Below are positions 14,250-28,290 of a stretch of 64,000 bases of DNA, piece by piece (position 1 is the stretch's first letter; each line of letters begins with the position of its first letter). The stretch comes from Octopus sinensis (Eukaryota), in the NCBI RefSeq assembly GCF_006345805.1, contig NC_042998.1, positions 128,526,001 through 128,590,000 of the forward strand, in the 5' to 3' direction. Position numbers and translations under genes: made by a program. The notes below the pieces were generated by a model. That model was not told the origin of the DNA and did no database searches. It was given only the letters and a program-made list of their open reading frames with translations.

Positions 14250-14326
14250 CAGCATCGCCTGGTGAAGAAATCAGAGATATAGGCAGAAAATGGGTTCCAA
14301 CTGTGTCATCTTCATTCAAACGGTCC
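14250..14326 (-). CDS. MYOF-like: Ferlin exon (W)DRLNEDDTVGTHFLPISLISSPGDA(G) (C2C)
   Basis: ttcctttaacacag|G GAC...GCT G|gtgatt, 77 nt, phase 2-1. DWDRL..DDxVGT motif; the donor is weak. Confidence 0.93.
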
Positions 14327-15954
14327 CTGTGTTAAAGGAAAAAAAAAGAAAACAAAACAAAAAAACAAAACAATTATTAAGCATAAAAGCAATCAAATAT
14401 AAGAATCTCAGAATTAAAAGATAGATAAGTTCAACCAGAATTCTTAAAATTCCTTGTTTGCTCTTATTTACCTAGAAATAACATCTAAAATTAGAGCTCA
14501 TATATTAAATAATTACTTGCAATGAAAGTGGGTTTGTCAAACTGAATTGCTAAACACTCACACATATACTATGGGCGATACATGATGATTCTATTAAACC
14601 AGATCTATCAGAGATTTCATTAACAATAAATAATGAGAAATAATTTATAGAAAACCAAATCATTTAACTATGTAGTTTCAATAACTTCTAGATTAGGATG
14701 ATATTAAAATATCTTTAGAAGCCTCAAATCTTTCAGGGAGTTTTGATATTTGAATATACATAAAAATGTATACATCTATGTATGTGTGTATATATAGATA
14801 CTGTATAAGGACACATATTTGTTCAACAGTATTCCCAGAAATCCTAGTAAAGACATAGTTCATAATCTAATTGAATTAATCATATTCACTCAAATATTGA
14901 ATTCTTATAGCAATGAATGCATCTACATAGTTGGCTAACCTGTTAGAAATATCAACCAAATTTACCTCTGACCATACACTACCATTCAAAATGGGAAAGA
15001 TAGTATAGTTACAGCTTGAATAATTTTTACCAGAGGTCTTGTTAATCAGGACAGAACTATTTAAACAATTGATTTCTACCAAAGAATAAGTACTTGATTT
15101 ATTAGAGATATGGAACTGCAATATATATACATTCCCCAAAGAGTATTAGCAGATGAGAACTGAAATCAGACAAACTCAGGACATTGTTGGCTTAGTTATA
15201 TGCTATAGTACTCAATACTGTTAAAACTTCTATTTTTTTTTTATCAGCATTAGCAGTCATGGTAGATAAACTCATAAATATAACAGAACTATGTGTTATG
15301 ACCCTTAGAAATACTCTGAGGAGCTGAGAACTTGCATGGCAAGACAATTAAAGACAACATACAGACTTGTGCTAATCTAACAGTGTGTAAGTCAAACAAA
15401 AATGCCATGTAATGCAAAATATAAGTATGTAAAAGCATAATCCAGTTCATCTGCTTAATAAAATTCAGCTAGTTTAGATATTTTTGTGCTTTTTCATACC
15501 AACATTGTTGGAGTGTATGTGTGAGTGTGTGTGCATGCATGCATGGGGGAAATAAAATACAGTTTTAGAGGTAAGCATATGGATACTTATGTCTAAATAT
15601 GAAGACATAATTTAAAAAAAATAATTCTCATTTTGAGAGAAGACAATTTTCTGAAAAATATTTCTCTTAGCAATAGCTTATTGAGATTTTTCAACATTGC
15701 TGATTTAAAGGTGAGTTACTTTAATTTTACACATTTCCTGTGCCTCTTGTATCCAAGTAAATAAATTAGTTATGGAATTGACTGACACTGGAGAACAAAA
15801 GAGAAAAACAGGAGTGTTGGGTGTTTTACATGCAAAGAGACACTACTAATTAATACACCAATAAGTCAGTATTAATCACAGTTGTAGGTTAATAAATCAT
15901 TGATAATTGCATGTAGGCTTTTCATTAAAGGCCAGTAGTGAATGTGTGTGTAGG

Positions 15955-16175
15955 CATGAGGGAGTATTAAAAAGTTCCTGGCTTTGGGTAAAAGAAAATA
16001 CAGGAGGATCAGTTAGTTATGATTTTATTCAACATATTCCCCTTTCAGATTCATACCCTTATCGCAGTGGTCATTCAGGTTTTCTAAGCTCTACAAAAGA
16101 ACTTGGAAGGTTGGGCCTCCAGCCAAGCCTTTTGCGATACTCTTAAAGCCAGGAATTTTTCAGCCCACACCTGTA
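15955..16175. mobile_element. Mariner-type MITE; second copy in opposite orientation at 55224-55440
   Basis: Terminal inverted repeats with AAAAGTTCCTGGCTTT / AAAGCCAGGAATTTTT and a shared internal sequence. Confidence 0.7.
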
Positions 16176-16658
16176 GGCTCAGGTGAGTTTATAGGCTTGG
16201 TGTATGTGTACAGGAACATGTGTGTATGTATAGGCATGAGTGTATGCGTGTGTGTTTGTGTGTGTGTAGAGTGAGAGAGAGAGGCAGCGGTATGTGTATG
16301 TCGGCATATTTGTATGAAATTGTTTTCACACAAGATTTTTTTCCTTCTCAGAAATCACTAGGTAATGTTGCCATTTCAAGTTTTTAAACATTTAATTGAA
16401 ACAAGAAGACTATAAATAAATGCAGCTTGAACTACTAATAAAACAATTGCATCTCTAATGAACCAATGAAGGAGTCTCTAAATGGTTGCTTGAGGAGTCA
16501 AATCTCCCTCCAACAACACCCTACAGTTTAAAAAAGGAAGGACATATTGGATAATATAGTCCAGGGCACAGAGCCTGCAAAAGAACAAACAAAAACATTG
16601 CTATAGCATTAAAGCTTTTTTTGAACATCTCAGTCAGGTCTGACCCAGGGCAAAATAA

Positions 16659-17006
16659 TCTCTCTATATATAAACGGCAAAATGTCTGCGTGTGTCCTTT
16701 ATACAAATCCACAATTTTTCAGTTAGAGGGCTCGCACTTTCTATGGTCATTCAAAACCGTCCAAAGGTGGTCGTGCACATCTTTACATTTCTCCAGTCAC
16801 CCCGCAAAGCCATTAAAAAAATAGAAGTGACTTTTTTGTCCAAAACCCAATCAAAATGCCCAAAACTTGATACGCCAATTGAATGCCAGCTAGCTGTATG
16901 TAATTGGTCGGAGATTTGGACAGTACTCACGTGTATGTGCGCACGCACGCAGCTGTATATGCATGCACTAGCACTATGATCCGGTGTTGCCGGGTCATAG
17001 TGCTAG
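16659..17006 (+). mobile_element. Non-autonomous Helitron (348 bp)
   Basis: 5' TC (TCTCTCTATATATAAACGGCAAAATGTCTG), 3' GC-rich hairpin plus CTAG, inserted between A (16658) and T (17007), no target duplication. Confidence 0.75.
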
Positions 17007-17877
17007 TAACAACTACCTGTATAACTAACACATATGACTTGTATATGCACACACACACACACCGAGATGTGTTTTAAATTCAAAGAGCAAGAAACAAATA
17101 AGGAAATTATATTGTTATATATATATAAATGCTATATCTCAACTTTGGTAAAAACTGAAATATAGAAAAAAAAATAAGAATATAAACAAATGAAAGAAAA
17201 AGTTGTCCTCGAATGTTTGTCCAGAAATACCAAAATACTGAAAATAAACATTATTCTTACACCAAGTGAAAGTTGCCAATAAAACTTCAGCTAAAACAAG
17301 TTTTAATCACTAGGAAATATTTGATGAGGCTGAATGACAGACAAAGTTATCTAGCTTAAACTACCCCCACCAGCCTTGTAGTGTATCAGATGTAATCTAT
17401 GAAACTGCAGACACCTTTACCTTCATGATGTGCAGAATAAATAACACCCAAACATAGCCAGGTATTTTAATTTGCTCACCTATTACCTAAATTACCTGTA
17501 TATGTAGAGTTATCTAGTATCAGGTCTCACCTTTTATCCAAAAGCAGCTAGAGTAAAAATACTTAATTTTTAATCTAAGTTCTTTCATGTCCACAGGTAT
17601 TAATCTATCTAGTACATTCTCTTAGCTGGACATATGTGTGTGTGTGTGTGTGGGCAAAAAATTTTTTTTGCTAGTTTATTTTGTCTCTCTGTCTTCTCCT
17701 AGCACTATATGAACATTTAATGTGGCTTTAGGGTCAGGGTTTTGACTGCTATTTCAGCATGGTGGTATCCCTCAGATACCCTAATTTATAGTTTTAAATA
17801 ATTATTACCTTTGTATGGTATTTGTTCCCATGCTGGCCACTTGATAAGATCGATACTGAAATATCGATATTATCCTT

Positions 17878-17885
17878 ATTTATAT

Positions 17886-17917
<32 letters not shown>

Positions 17918-18662
17918 AATTAAGGATATAATCCTTAAAATTATAATTATATATTTATAATTATATATCTATATATATATATATCTATAAATTAAGGATA
18001 TAATCCTTAAAATTATAATTATATATTTATAATTATAATTATATATTTATAATTATATATCTATATTATATATATATCTATAAATTAAGGATATAATCCT
18101 TAAAATTATAATTATATATTTATAATTATAATTATATATATATATAATATATATATCTATATATATATATATAAATTAAGGATATAATCCTAAAATTATA
18201 ATTATATATTTATAATTATAATTATATATTTATAATTATATATCTATATATATATATCTATAAATTAAGGATATAATCCTTAAAATTATAATTATATATT
18301 TATAATTATAATTATATATTTATAATTATATATCTATATATATATATATCTATAATTAAGGATATAATCCTTAAAATTATAATTATATATTTATAATTAT
18401 AATTATATATTTATAATTATATATCTATATATATATATATCTATAATTAAGGATATAATCCTTAAAATTATAATTATATATTTATAATTATAATTATATA
18501 TTTAAATTATAATTATATATTTATAATTATATATCTATATATATATATCTATAATTAAGGATATAATCCTTAAAATTATAATTATATATTTATAATTATA
18601 ATTATATATTTATATTATATATATTATATATTATATATATTATAATTATATATTTATAATTA

Positions 18663-18710
<48 letters not shown>
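17878..18710. repeat. AT-rich minisatellite, 8 units of about 70-110 bp, ending in (TA)n
   Basis: Eight copies of the core TTAAGGATATAATCCTTAA separated by variable TTATAATTATATATTTATAA and (TA)n blocks. Confidence 0.9.
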
Positions 18711-20139
18711 ATCCCTTTTTATATTTGTTGTAATAAATAGCTTCAAGATTGTCATCTTATATTAATTCCATGGTCCCATTTTATAAATTGTATTATTTAA
18801 AATTGGAAAAAGAGGATTGTTGATTTGAAGTTAGGAGTAGGAAAAGACATTGCTCACAAAGTCATGCTGTAAGCAAGCTACCTCACTCATTCTCACTTAC
18901 ATAGACTTATATCCTGACTTAATTACTTGGATTAATAACTTCCCTACCAGGTTCTTTGGTAGAGAAATTATGTCTTTGTATTTGGTTTCCAATCCTTCTA
19001 TCCTCTACCTCACACACCTGGCTTTTGTGTCTTAGTGATGAAACCTTTACTCTCTCTCTCTTTGAAGTAGAGTAACTGCCTCAAATATTTCACTTCTCTT
19101 CTTCACAACATAAAACATATTCCACTATTTGAATTATTTGCATTACTTTTTGTTGATGTAGAACATCATTAGCTTCATGGACTCTACAGTTGTATTACCT
19201 TAGAGCTTGTTAGCTCACAGCATTCATATTTAAAATGTTCATGAAAGAAATAAGCTTATCTATACATGAATATAACTGTTTTAAATCCCATTTTAAACAT
19301 CATACTAAAAATGTTTCACTGAGTACATGGCTTTCTCTAGAAATATGTCTAAAATTAATTATAGGAGTGGTTGAAAAAACATCTATTTAAAATTTTTGAA
19401 TATGACTTTTCAATAATCAATATGTGACTAACCACATCTTGGGAGAGAAAAGAAATTAATGAGGAATTAACCATTTTAAATTAATGCTTGAATTTAGTGC
19501 ACAGAGCATAAAAATGAACTAAAGAGAAATAAAATGAGGTGAGAAAAACTGATATTAGTGAATGATATTCAACATTGCCAGGTATTGTCTGCATGCAGCA
19601 GATTGAATACCCTGGATCACTCACTCTATTGCTATGTATGGTTAACTATGGGGGTAGACACAACAGGATTCTAATGTTTTGTTTTTTTTGTGGTAGCTGG
19701 CAGGGCACAGGATCTAAACTCAGAATTACAGAATCAGAAGAAACACTGAAAGCCATTCCATCCAGCACTCTGCCAGACTATTGCCCCAGTGAAATAAAAT
19801 CTAGGTTCCCACTTTATCTACTGATCCCAAAAGAATGAAAGGTAAAGTCGACCCTGTTAGGATCTGAATTCAGAAAACAAAGAGTCAGAAAAAATATCAA
19901 AAGTTATTTCACTGGACATTCTAATGCTTCTGTTAATTTGCTGCCTTACAAAATAATCACCAATTTGAAACCAAAAAGAGCATTAGGCCAACTGATGGGA
20001 ACAAATGTGGGATCTATTACTTGCTAAGCAACTGTATCACCAATTACAGAATAGAGAATTTGCCATTCTATCATTTACAAATCTTTAATACTCTATCATT
20101 TTTATCTCTGTAACTTTTTACATTCTCAGATTGCTAGAG

Positions 20140-20455
20140 AAGAGAAGGCAGATAAGGATAGGTAGGCAGATAGATAAGGAGAGAGAAAGAGGCAGAGAGG
20201 CGAGGAAAGAGAGGTGTAGTGAGAGAGAGGTAGGGAGAGAAAGAAGTAGAGTTAGAAAGGTAGAGGAAAAGAGTAGCTGCAAGAGTGGTTGAGAAATGGG
20301 GAAAGAGAAGCAGAGGAAGAGCTGTAAAGCAAGAGAGAAAAAGAGAGAGCTAAAGTGAGAGAGAGAGAAAAAGTAAAAATGAGATGTAGAGAGAGAGAGA
20401 GAGTTAGTGAGAAAAGGGTAAAGTAAGGGAGCAAGATGTTAAGAGAGAGAGAGAA
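20140..20455. repeat. GA-rich polypurine tract (similar tracts at about 7190-7470 and 48110-48280)
   Basis: Almost exclusively A/G on the plus strand. Confidence 0.85.
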
Positions 20456-21739
20456 AATCAGGTATTTTTTTACGACATGGAATTTACATTAAAATGCTAC
20501 ATTGTGTTCTACTTTACTTCTATGACCTCTTTTGAAATTAAAATGCTTAAAGCTTCAACATTTAGTTTTGAAAACTAGCTAAAGAAAGATTACCTAGGAT
20601 TTTAAAATAATAATCTAATATTCAAAGGTGTTTTTGTGTAACTGTAATTTTAAACAACCCAACTTTTAAATAGTTAACTATGTGTATTTAATTCTCTTTT
20701 AAAACCAACTCCCATTATGTTGATTGCAATTATTTCCCACTTTTAGTAATGTTAAAAGAATGAGAAAAAAATTCTTTGGTAGTGAAAGTATGGCATTAAA
20801 AGAATGCAGCTCATCTTGATGTGATATACATAGTACAAAAGAAATATTAGAAACCACACACATACATACACACGTGTGTATATATATATTCTTTGACTCT
20901 GGATCAAATAAATGCAACTAGCAAGCAAAGCTTTTCAGATCCTGGAAATATCTGGCACCCTAAAGCATAAATTGTTTTACAAAGAAATAGATGTCAAAGC
21001 CCTTTTGACAGGCTAATGGTTACTGAATTAAAATATCAGATTCATCAAGTTTGTAGCAGAGTAGGCAGTAGAAAAGTGCAAAAATCAACAGCAAGCATGG
21101 AAAAAATATTTTAGACAATGAAAGGATTGTACTAAGTTAGACTGATTTATAATAGGTGAATCGGAAATAAATGAATGAAGAAATAATGAAGAGTTTATTA
21201 ATTAGTTCTGATGGGCCAATGCTGGTACAGCACCATTTTATAAAAATCAATATTGAAAAAGAGAATGAACTAGATTAGAGATATGTGATGCCTAAAACAG
21301 ATTAAAGAAAATACATGAAATACAGAACTTTTCCAGTTATAAAGCCAATGACTGAAAGTAAATTTACAGAAAATCAACATCAAGTTTTTGTTTTTTAAAA
21401 GCAGTTAAGACTAAATTATCTTTTCTGTTAGTGAGACAAATATCCATCTTTGAATGATAGCTATATACATGAAAATAAAAACAGAATGCTTGACAAAGAA
21501 AGACTGAAAAAATGTATGTGAATAGTTATTGAGAAACAATAGGAATAAAAACCCAAGATAAGGGTCACACATATAAAGGGTTTCTATATTTTAGCATGAC
21601 AGAAACTTTGATAGGGTATTCATTAGTAATTTGTTTTATTTGAGTTAAGAATATGATTTTATGTTCATAAAGAACAATGGAAGTGAGCAAATAGACAGCC
21701 GAGTTTAGTATGAACGAATTGAAATGATGATACAGAAAG

Positions 21740-22050
21740 CAATTGCAGCGTGGAAGGTGTTTATAAGCCATTTAAGAAACACACAAAAGCCGTTCGATTC
21801 ACTTCAACATTTAAGTTTAATTTGTCAAAATATTTTCGTTGCTAAAATCCGCGACCTGTTCACTGACAAAAATCCGTGCTGCACGGATTTTTGTCAGTGA
21901 ACAATTTGACAAATTAAACTTAAATGTTGAAGTGAATCGAACAGCTTTTGTGTGTTTCTTAAATGGCTTATAAACACCTTCCACGCTGCAATTGTTTTCG
22001 TTTCAGCACACGATCTCAGATCAAATTACTTGCTATGCGAGTACATCTCC
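21740..22050. mobile_element. Repeat family with an inverted duplication (possibly Penelope-like terminal repeat derived)
   Basis: Inverted arms span 21740-21994 with an inner perfect 23-bp hairpin (21857-21903). Same family as 49878-50045. Confidence 0.5.
21821..21870 (-). ncRNA. Second copy of the predicted hammerhead variant, sense to the ferlin pre-mRNA
   Basis: All core and stem positions are identical to 49907-49957; only loop II differs (GGAUUUUA vs GGUCUUAAA). Confidence 0.48.
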
Positions 22051-23880
22051 AGATATAGAAAGCAACAATCAAGAAAGATGTCTTGTTCAGATTAGTGTTC
22101 CTGTCATTAAGGCAGCATGCAGTTAAAATGGTCTTTGAAGTTTATTTTTTAATCACAGAAGTAGCGAAAATACTGGGAGGTATCAAGAGGTGTGGTGGGG
22201 TGAGGGAATGTTGTAAATTGACCAACGAAAACTTTGAAAGGACAAACCGTTCTCTCCATTGGCAGAAATAATGTTGGTGTTTAGAAAGGAGGAAGATATA
22301 ACATCATCATTAGATACACGGTCCCTGAGAAATAGCAAATAAAGAATTCAAAGAATAAAACGAATGCTTGAACAGTTCAAATGATAAATTATGCAAAAGA
22401 GAATGAATCTAGGTTGTTTTATGTTAAATTATGCATATTATTTCTATATATCTGATATATGTAACAAGATTTACTATTAATAAGGTTTTGATTAAGTTTA
22501 AAATGTAATTTTGGTACATATATTAAGGCCAGTAAAATATAGACAAACATAAGAACAAGTACTCAGCTACCCTTTAGAAAATTTAAAATTAAACTGTTTC
22601 AAAATATTTCTGAATCCTATTCATTCCTATTTTGGGGTTATAGTAATCAACATGTTTTCTAAGACTAACAAATGTAGTTTCTAAGTGTCTCTAAATAACA
22701 CTCATCATCATCATCGTTTAACATCTGTTTTCCATGCTGGCATGGATTGGGCAGTTTGACTGAGGTCTGGAGAATCAGTGGCTGCACCAGGCTCCAATCT
22801 TATCTGGCAATATTTTTACAGCTGGATGCCCTTCCTAATGCCAATCACTCAGAGTGTAGTCAGTGCTTTTTACATGCCACTGGCACAATAGTGATTAATT
22901 CAGAAATAAGCAAATTTATTTTGATGTGATTATGTAATAGCTCAAAATTTTAGAAGGGCAAATGCTGTTTATTTATGCTTTCATATTAATGATGTAAGGT
23001 TCTAAATTGAATTATCAAGTCATAGATATAGTGGATTTAGAGTATATAAAAAAGCATGCAAACTGCCCAACCATTAATGTATGATAACAGCTAAGTACAA
23101 GAATCATCAGATGAGACTTTTTGCAGTAAATGATCAATGTTTAACTGAAAATGATGTGAAGAAAAAAAAAATGTCATTAAGACTTCAGAATAATTAATTC
23201 CCAAATCTTTTCTATAAGAGAGCACTGTAATAAGTCATAATTTTTTTTTTATCCTTTTAGTCAGATTGAAGAAGAAACATTTTAATATTTGTTATGCAGT
23301 ATGATGTTTGGAGACTAGGATAATTACTAATAAATGATTGGAGCAATTAATTCTGTCATAGTAAATTATAAGGCAAAAGAAGTGAATGTATATTGCTTAA
23401 AAAGTTTCTAATAGTGATGATCTTGTTAATTGTTAAGTATCTAAACTATACCCATTGAATGTTTTCATAATCACTTTATATAAGGTATTTATAAAGAATA
23501 ATTTTTCTTGAGACTTATCAGATATAATATTTAGTTCACATTCTTTAGATTAGTTAAATGACCAAGCCTAAATCCATTTTTATTAGGAATTTGGACTGAA
23601 GTAAAATTCTACTATTTCTCAAAAAAAAACAAAAAAAAACCCCTCAATTAGAAACATTTTCTCATTTCAATAGCAATATCATAATCTATGTTAATTAATT
23701 TTTTTAATTTCAAGAAGTATCAAAAGAAAAATTAAGACTTGCCTAATTTTGTAACAGTTGTAAAATAATATGGAAATCTAAAATGTTCCTAATTGTATAA
23801 TATATAAAATAAAATGTATATCAGCAGCTGAGATTTAGACATAACATATCCATTCATTAAATTTTTCAGATAAATATCTT

Positions 23881-24350
23881 AAGATAAAAAGATTTGAAGT
23901 CAAAGAGATTTAAGAATCAAAAGATTAGAAGATAAGATTTGAGAAAAACAGATTAATGGATAAAAAGACTTAAGATTAAAAGGTGTGAGAATAAAGAGAT
24001 TTAAAGCCAAAAAGATTTGAGAATATAAAGATTAAAAGATAAAATGATTTGAAGCTAAAGAAATTTAATGATTAAAAAATTTAAGGATAAAAGGATTTGA
24101 ACTTAAAAAGACTGAAGAGAAAAAAATCTGTATTTAAAAATGATTTGAGAATAAAAATATTTAAAGCTAAAGAGATTTGAAGTTAAAGAGATATGGGGAT
24201 TAAAAAATTAGGGGATAAAGAGATATGAAGAGAAAAAGACCTGTACTTGAAACAGATTTAAGAGCAAAAAAACTAAGAGGTTAAAATGATTTAAGGATAA
24301 AAAGACATCAGGATTAAAAATTTGAGAATGAAAAGAAAAATTTGAAAAGA
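23881..24350. repeat. Old degenerate minisatellite, unit about 15-16 bp (GATTTRAGNNTAAAAA), roughly 30 copies
   Basis: Periodic GATTT motif visible by eye. Confidence 0.7.
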
Positions 24351-26615
24351 ACAGAATTTGATAAAAAGGAAGGTTTCATCATGATTGTTTATTAAAAATC
24401 AAAAACAATCAAATGGATTTACATCTGTAAGTAGAGAAGTTAAGCATTCATATTTATTTTTCTCACTACAAACTCATGACAACCAGTTTTAAAAAAATGA
24501 GGTGTGGAATTTCTTTTAAAAACAATTTTACACCTGCCTTTTCTTATTTGCATGTGTTGATGGAGCCATCATTTGGAATATTGACATAGTTTGTCAGGAA
24601 AAGTATTGAGATTTATAATATTAACCACTCATCACTGAGGGGAAAATATTCAAGCTAGATAACAATAGCAATAACAAATAGAAGAGAACGATCTTCAGCA
24701 TCATTCCATAATAATAATAATAATAATAATAATTGACATGATGTGTTAATTTATATTTTATAAAATGCTTCAGTAATATTTATATTGGCAAATCTACATT
24801 GAAACAATTGTAGTGCTATCCATATACAAATATGTTTAACATTCCAGTCTGACCATAAATTCTAATAGATTAAAAGGTCATATAAATTGGAGGTTGGATA
24901 TAATTAGTGATGTTGCACCCCAGTACTTGACAAGGTTTATTTTAAATGCTGAACTCAGCAATATTTGACCTCTTTGGGATTTGAACTCAGAATGTAAAAA
25001 GATAACACTGCAAGGCACTTTTTGTGATGTTCTACTTATGTAATTCAGGTTCTTTAAACTGTTAAATGATGTCACAAAATTCAGAACTATCTCAAACAAT
25101 GCATCTTGAATGAACCAAATTATTGTCCATGAAAACCCAACCAGATTTCATATGATAAACAGGATGTTCAGTTACATTTGATTGATTGTTTTTTAAACTA
25201 TTGTCAAAGCACCTTCAAAATATTTAAGTGAGTAAAATGTTCTGCTAAACAGTCATATTCTATTGGATATGCTGTATGGGAAATCACACACTATAGAAAT
25301 ATTTCAATTTTATCGCAGTCAATAGGATAATATAGATGATTAGGTAAAAGTTACAAGAAAGATGTCAACAGAAGACTCCTAGAATTAACAATGACTGTAG
25401 TCATATAGTAAATACTATACAAATATTCTACATACCAAGATAAAAAATATAAGATATTCAACACAGAAAGTATTAATCAAATTTAGAATCACAACCAGGA
25501 GAGTCAGTAAGAGTTTCTACCTTTTAAGCAAAGATCTACTGTATGTATTCCATCAATGGTGCACTTTCATCAAACACACTTATCTTACAACAGAATAGCC
25601 TACCTATTTGGAAATAGGTGCTCAGGGCTGAAATCATACATCCCTGGTGCTAGGGAGAACAAGGTGTGATTGCTAAATGTTATGTTTGTTTGCATTACCA
25701 ACTCAAAAACCTCACATAAGTATGCCTTAATGAGAAAAGGATCTCGATCATGTGAACTTGAAGTTTTTAAATGTCTCTATAACCTGATAAGTTATGGCAG
25801 TCACATTTTAAGCAAACAAACATACAAAGAAAAGGAATTGTAAAACTGGCAGTATAACACTTTCATAAAAAAACATCTGAATATCTTCCATAACAATGAC
25901 ATGTTTCATGTAGGGATTCAGCCATTAATACTTAACTGTGAAAACAATTTTACATCAGATCTTTTTATGAAAAAGGACAGAGCCCAAAACATTTCAGTCT
26001 CCAAGACAGATGGAAGTAAAAAAGAAACCTCAAACTTGACATCTAATCCAAATGGTTGCAACACAGCAGATCAGATCCCATTAAAGACACTCAGGTGGTG
26101 GTGTAATCCAAGCAATAGATTAAGTCTCCTACCTAAGAGAAAGTACAGTTTGCTTGGGATTCAGTACAGTTTTACTGTACATAACGTTGCACACAAGGCT
26201 TAAATCAACCCCAAACCATGAAAAACATTTGTTAAAAGCACCACTAAGTTGGTTCAAACTTGAAGTCACAGTAGATAATTCCAGAAAGCTGGTTTGAACC
26301 CTAAGCTATGGTAAAATAGTGGGAAAAGAGTAAAAACCGAAGAAAAAAACCCAACACCAGCCCAAAGTAGGTTTGAGCCAGAAATCACATAGTGATTACA
26401 AAGCAAACTTCTTAATCATAAGCTCTACAGAAAGTTTGCACTCTAACCTCAAATTATTACAATCCATTTATATAATATATTTAAAGTGAGTGGTTTCAAA
26501 TTTGACAACTTTAATGAAACATTAACTTCACTACAAACATTTAGCATGAAGACGTGTAAAAAATAATACAGAATTCCTAACTTCAGAAATGATTAAATAA
26601 ATAGAATAAACATAC

Positions 26616-26659
26616 CAATCCTTGATGATGAATTTTAATCTCTCACACATGGAAGGAAA
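26616..26659 (-). CDS. MYOF-like: Ferlin exon FPSMCERLKFIIKD(W) (C2C)
   Basis: ctttctttcag|TTT...TG|gtatgt, 44 nt, phase 0-2. FPSMCE motif. Confidence 0.94.
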
Positions 26660-27261
26660 CTGAAAGAAAGAAATATTTTATATAGGAACAAAATCTCAAA
26701 TTTATTAGAGTAGATATAGTCTTGACAGGTCTTTCCAAAGGGCATTAACAATATGAAAGATTTCTGTTCTTGATAGGAAAACATTGAAATTATTCACTTT
26801 TGTTGTTGTATACGTAAGAGCTAAACCTCTAACTGTAGCATATTGAGATTAATTTAGCTCTAATTCATTATATTCTAAAAATGCTTGCAACAACATTTAT
26901 TCATATTAAAACACAGTTATAAGAATAGAAATGCCTATAGTTCTTCTTACATTAAAAAAATATACTGGAAATTGTTTGTGAATTTAAGTGCATTAGCAAT
27001 TCAATGAATTAGTTTCAGGTGAGAATTGAAAAGATATTGTTGTAATGGTATAAAGTAGAATAAGATAGGACAGAGAGAAAAGGTTTATCAATCAGTCAAA
27101 TTGCTTTTCTTCAAGTAGTGTAAAATAAAGTATACATGGAAAGGAATACCATTTTCAGCTTTTCATGTTGTTATGCATGCAATTATGAGAAAACAAGGAG
27201 AATATTTAAAAGGTAAGTGACAGTCACTGGATTTAATCAACAAAATTTATTTAAAACTCAC

Positions 27262-27330
27262 CTGCAGACCAAGGGACAAATCCTGATTCCATTCTGGATG
27301 ATCATTAGAGTACAATGTTTTTGAACGTAC
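27262..27330 (-). CDS. MYOF-like: Ferlin exon VRSKTLYSNDHPEWNQDLSLGLQ (C2C)
   Basis: acttctgtag|GTA...CAG|gtgagt, 69 nt. PEWNQ C2 motif. Confidence 0.94.
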
Positions 27331-28048
27331 CTACAGAAGTATAGAAAATGCAATTAGATACCTTAAATATCTACTACTCGATATCAATACTAGCTTTAAT
27401 AAACAAATTTGTTTTCTAAAACATCCATAAATTATTATTTTGATACATGTCTCAAGTTGTTATTTACATAATATTTTGAACCAAGAAAAGCTAATGAAAC
27501 ACGTAGGTTCAACTAAATCAAACATACTTTTAAAACGAGGATGATGATTTAATCTAAAAGCTACAATTATTTAATCACTTACTGTAACTGATGGAATTAA
27601 AGATGCATGGATCTATTAGATGCAACCCAACATCAACAGTGCATATTGAGGAAAATTTTTTTTAGTGAATTGAAGCATGTAATATAGGCCAAACTTCACA
27701 TATAGGACCTGGGGTAACCTTTTGAACATTTTTAGGGAAAAAGTGTATTTTATTTACCATCAAATATGGTAACTTTCTGAAATGAAACACCATCTTAACA
27801 GCAAATATATAACTAAGGTAGAATCAGTAATTTATTCAGATAAAGTTTAAAATGTGAGGACTGCAACTGAGTGTTGCTTTCATGCTGAGATTTAAAGTAG
27901 ACTGCAAGTATCCAATAACATTAATTGCAGCCACAGAACAAATGATAACAAACATCATATAAACGAAGAAAAAGCAGATTTATTACTGGCAAACATTAAA
28001 ACTAGACATAATATCTAGTGTCTAAATATATCCAGGGATTGTTTTTAC

Positions 28049-28152
28049 CTCTTTCCCAGCAAATGAGAAGATGAAATAAGGATCAACAAACTCTTTCTTG
28101 TCATCTCCAAAGCCTATCACTTTCTTCACTCCTTCAATAAAGTCAGAATCCA
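28049..28152 (-). CDS. MYOF-like: Ferlin exon (M)DSDFIEGVKKVIGFGDDKKEFVDPYFIFSFAGKE (C2C)
   Basis: ttatcattgcag|TG GAT...GAG|gtaaaa, 104 nt, phase 1-0. VDPY..FAGK motif. Confidence 0.95.
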
Positions 28153-28255
28153 CTGCAATGATAAAGAAATATTAATTTTCAGCAATTTATAAAACTATCA
28201 TCATCATTATTTAACGTCCATTCTTCATGGTGGTATGGGTGAGATAGTTTGACAA

Positions 28256-28290
<35 letters not shown>

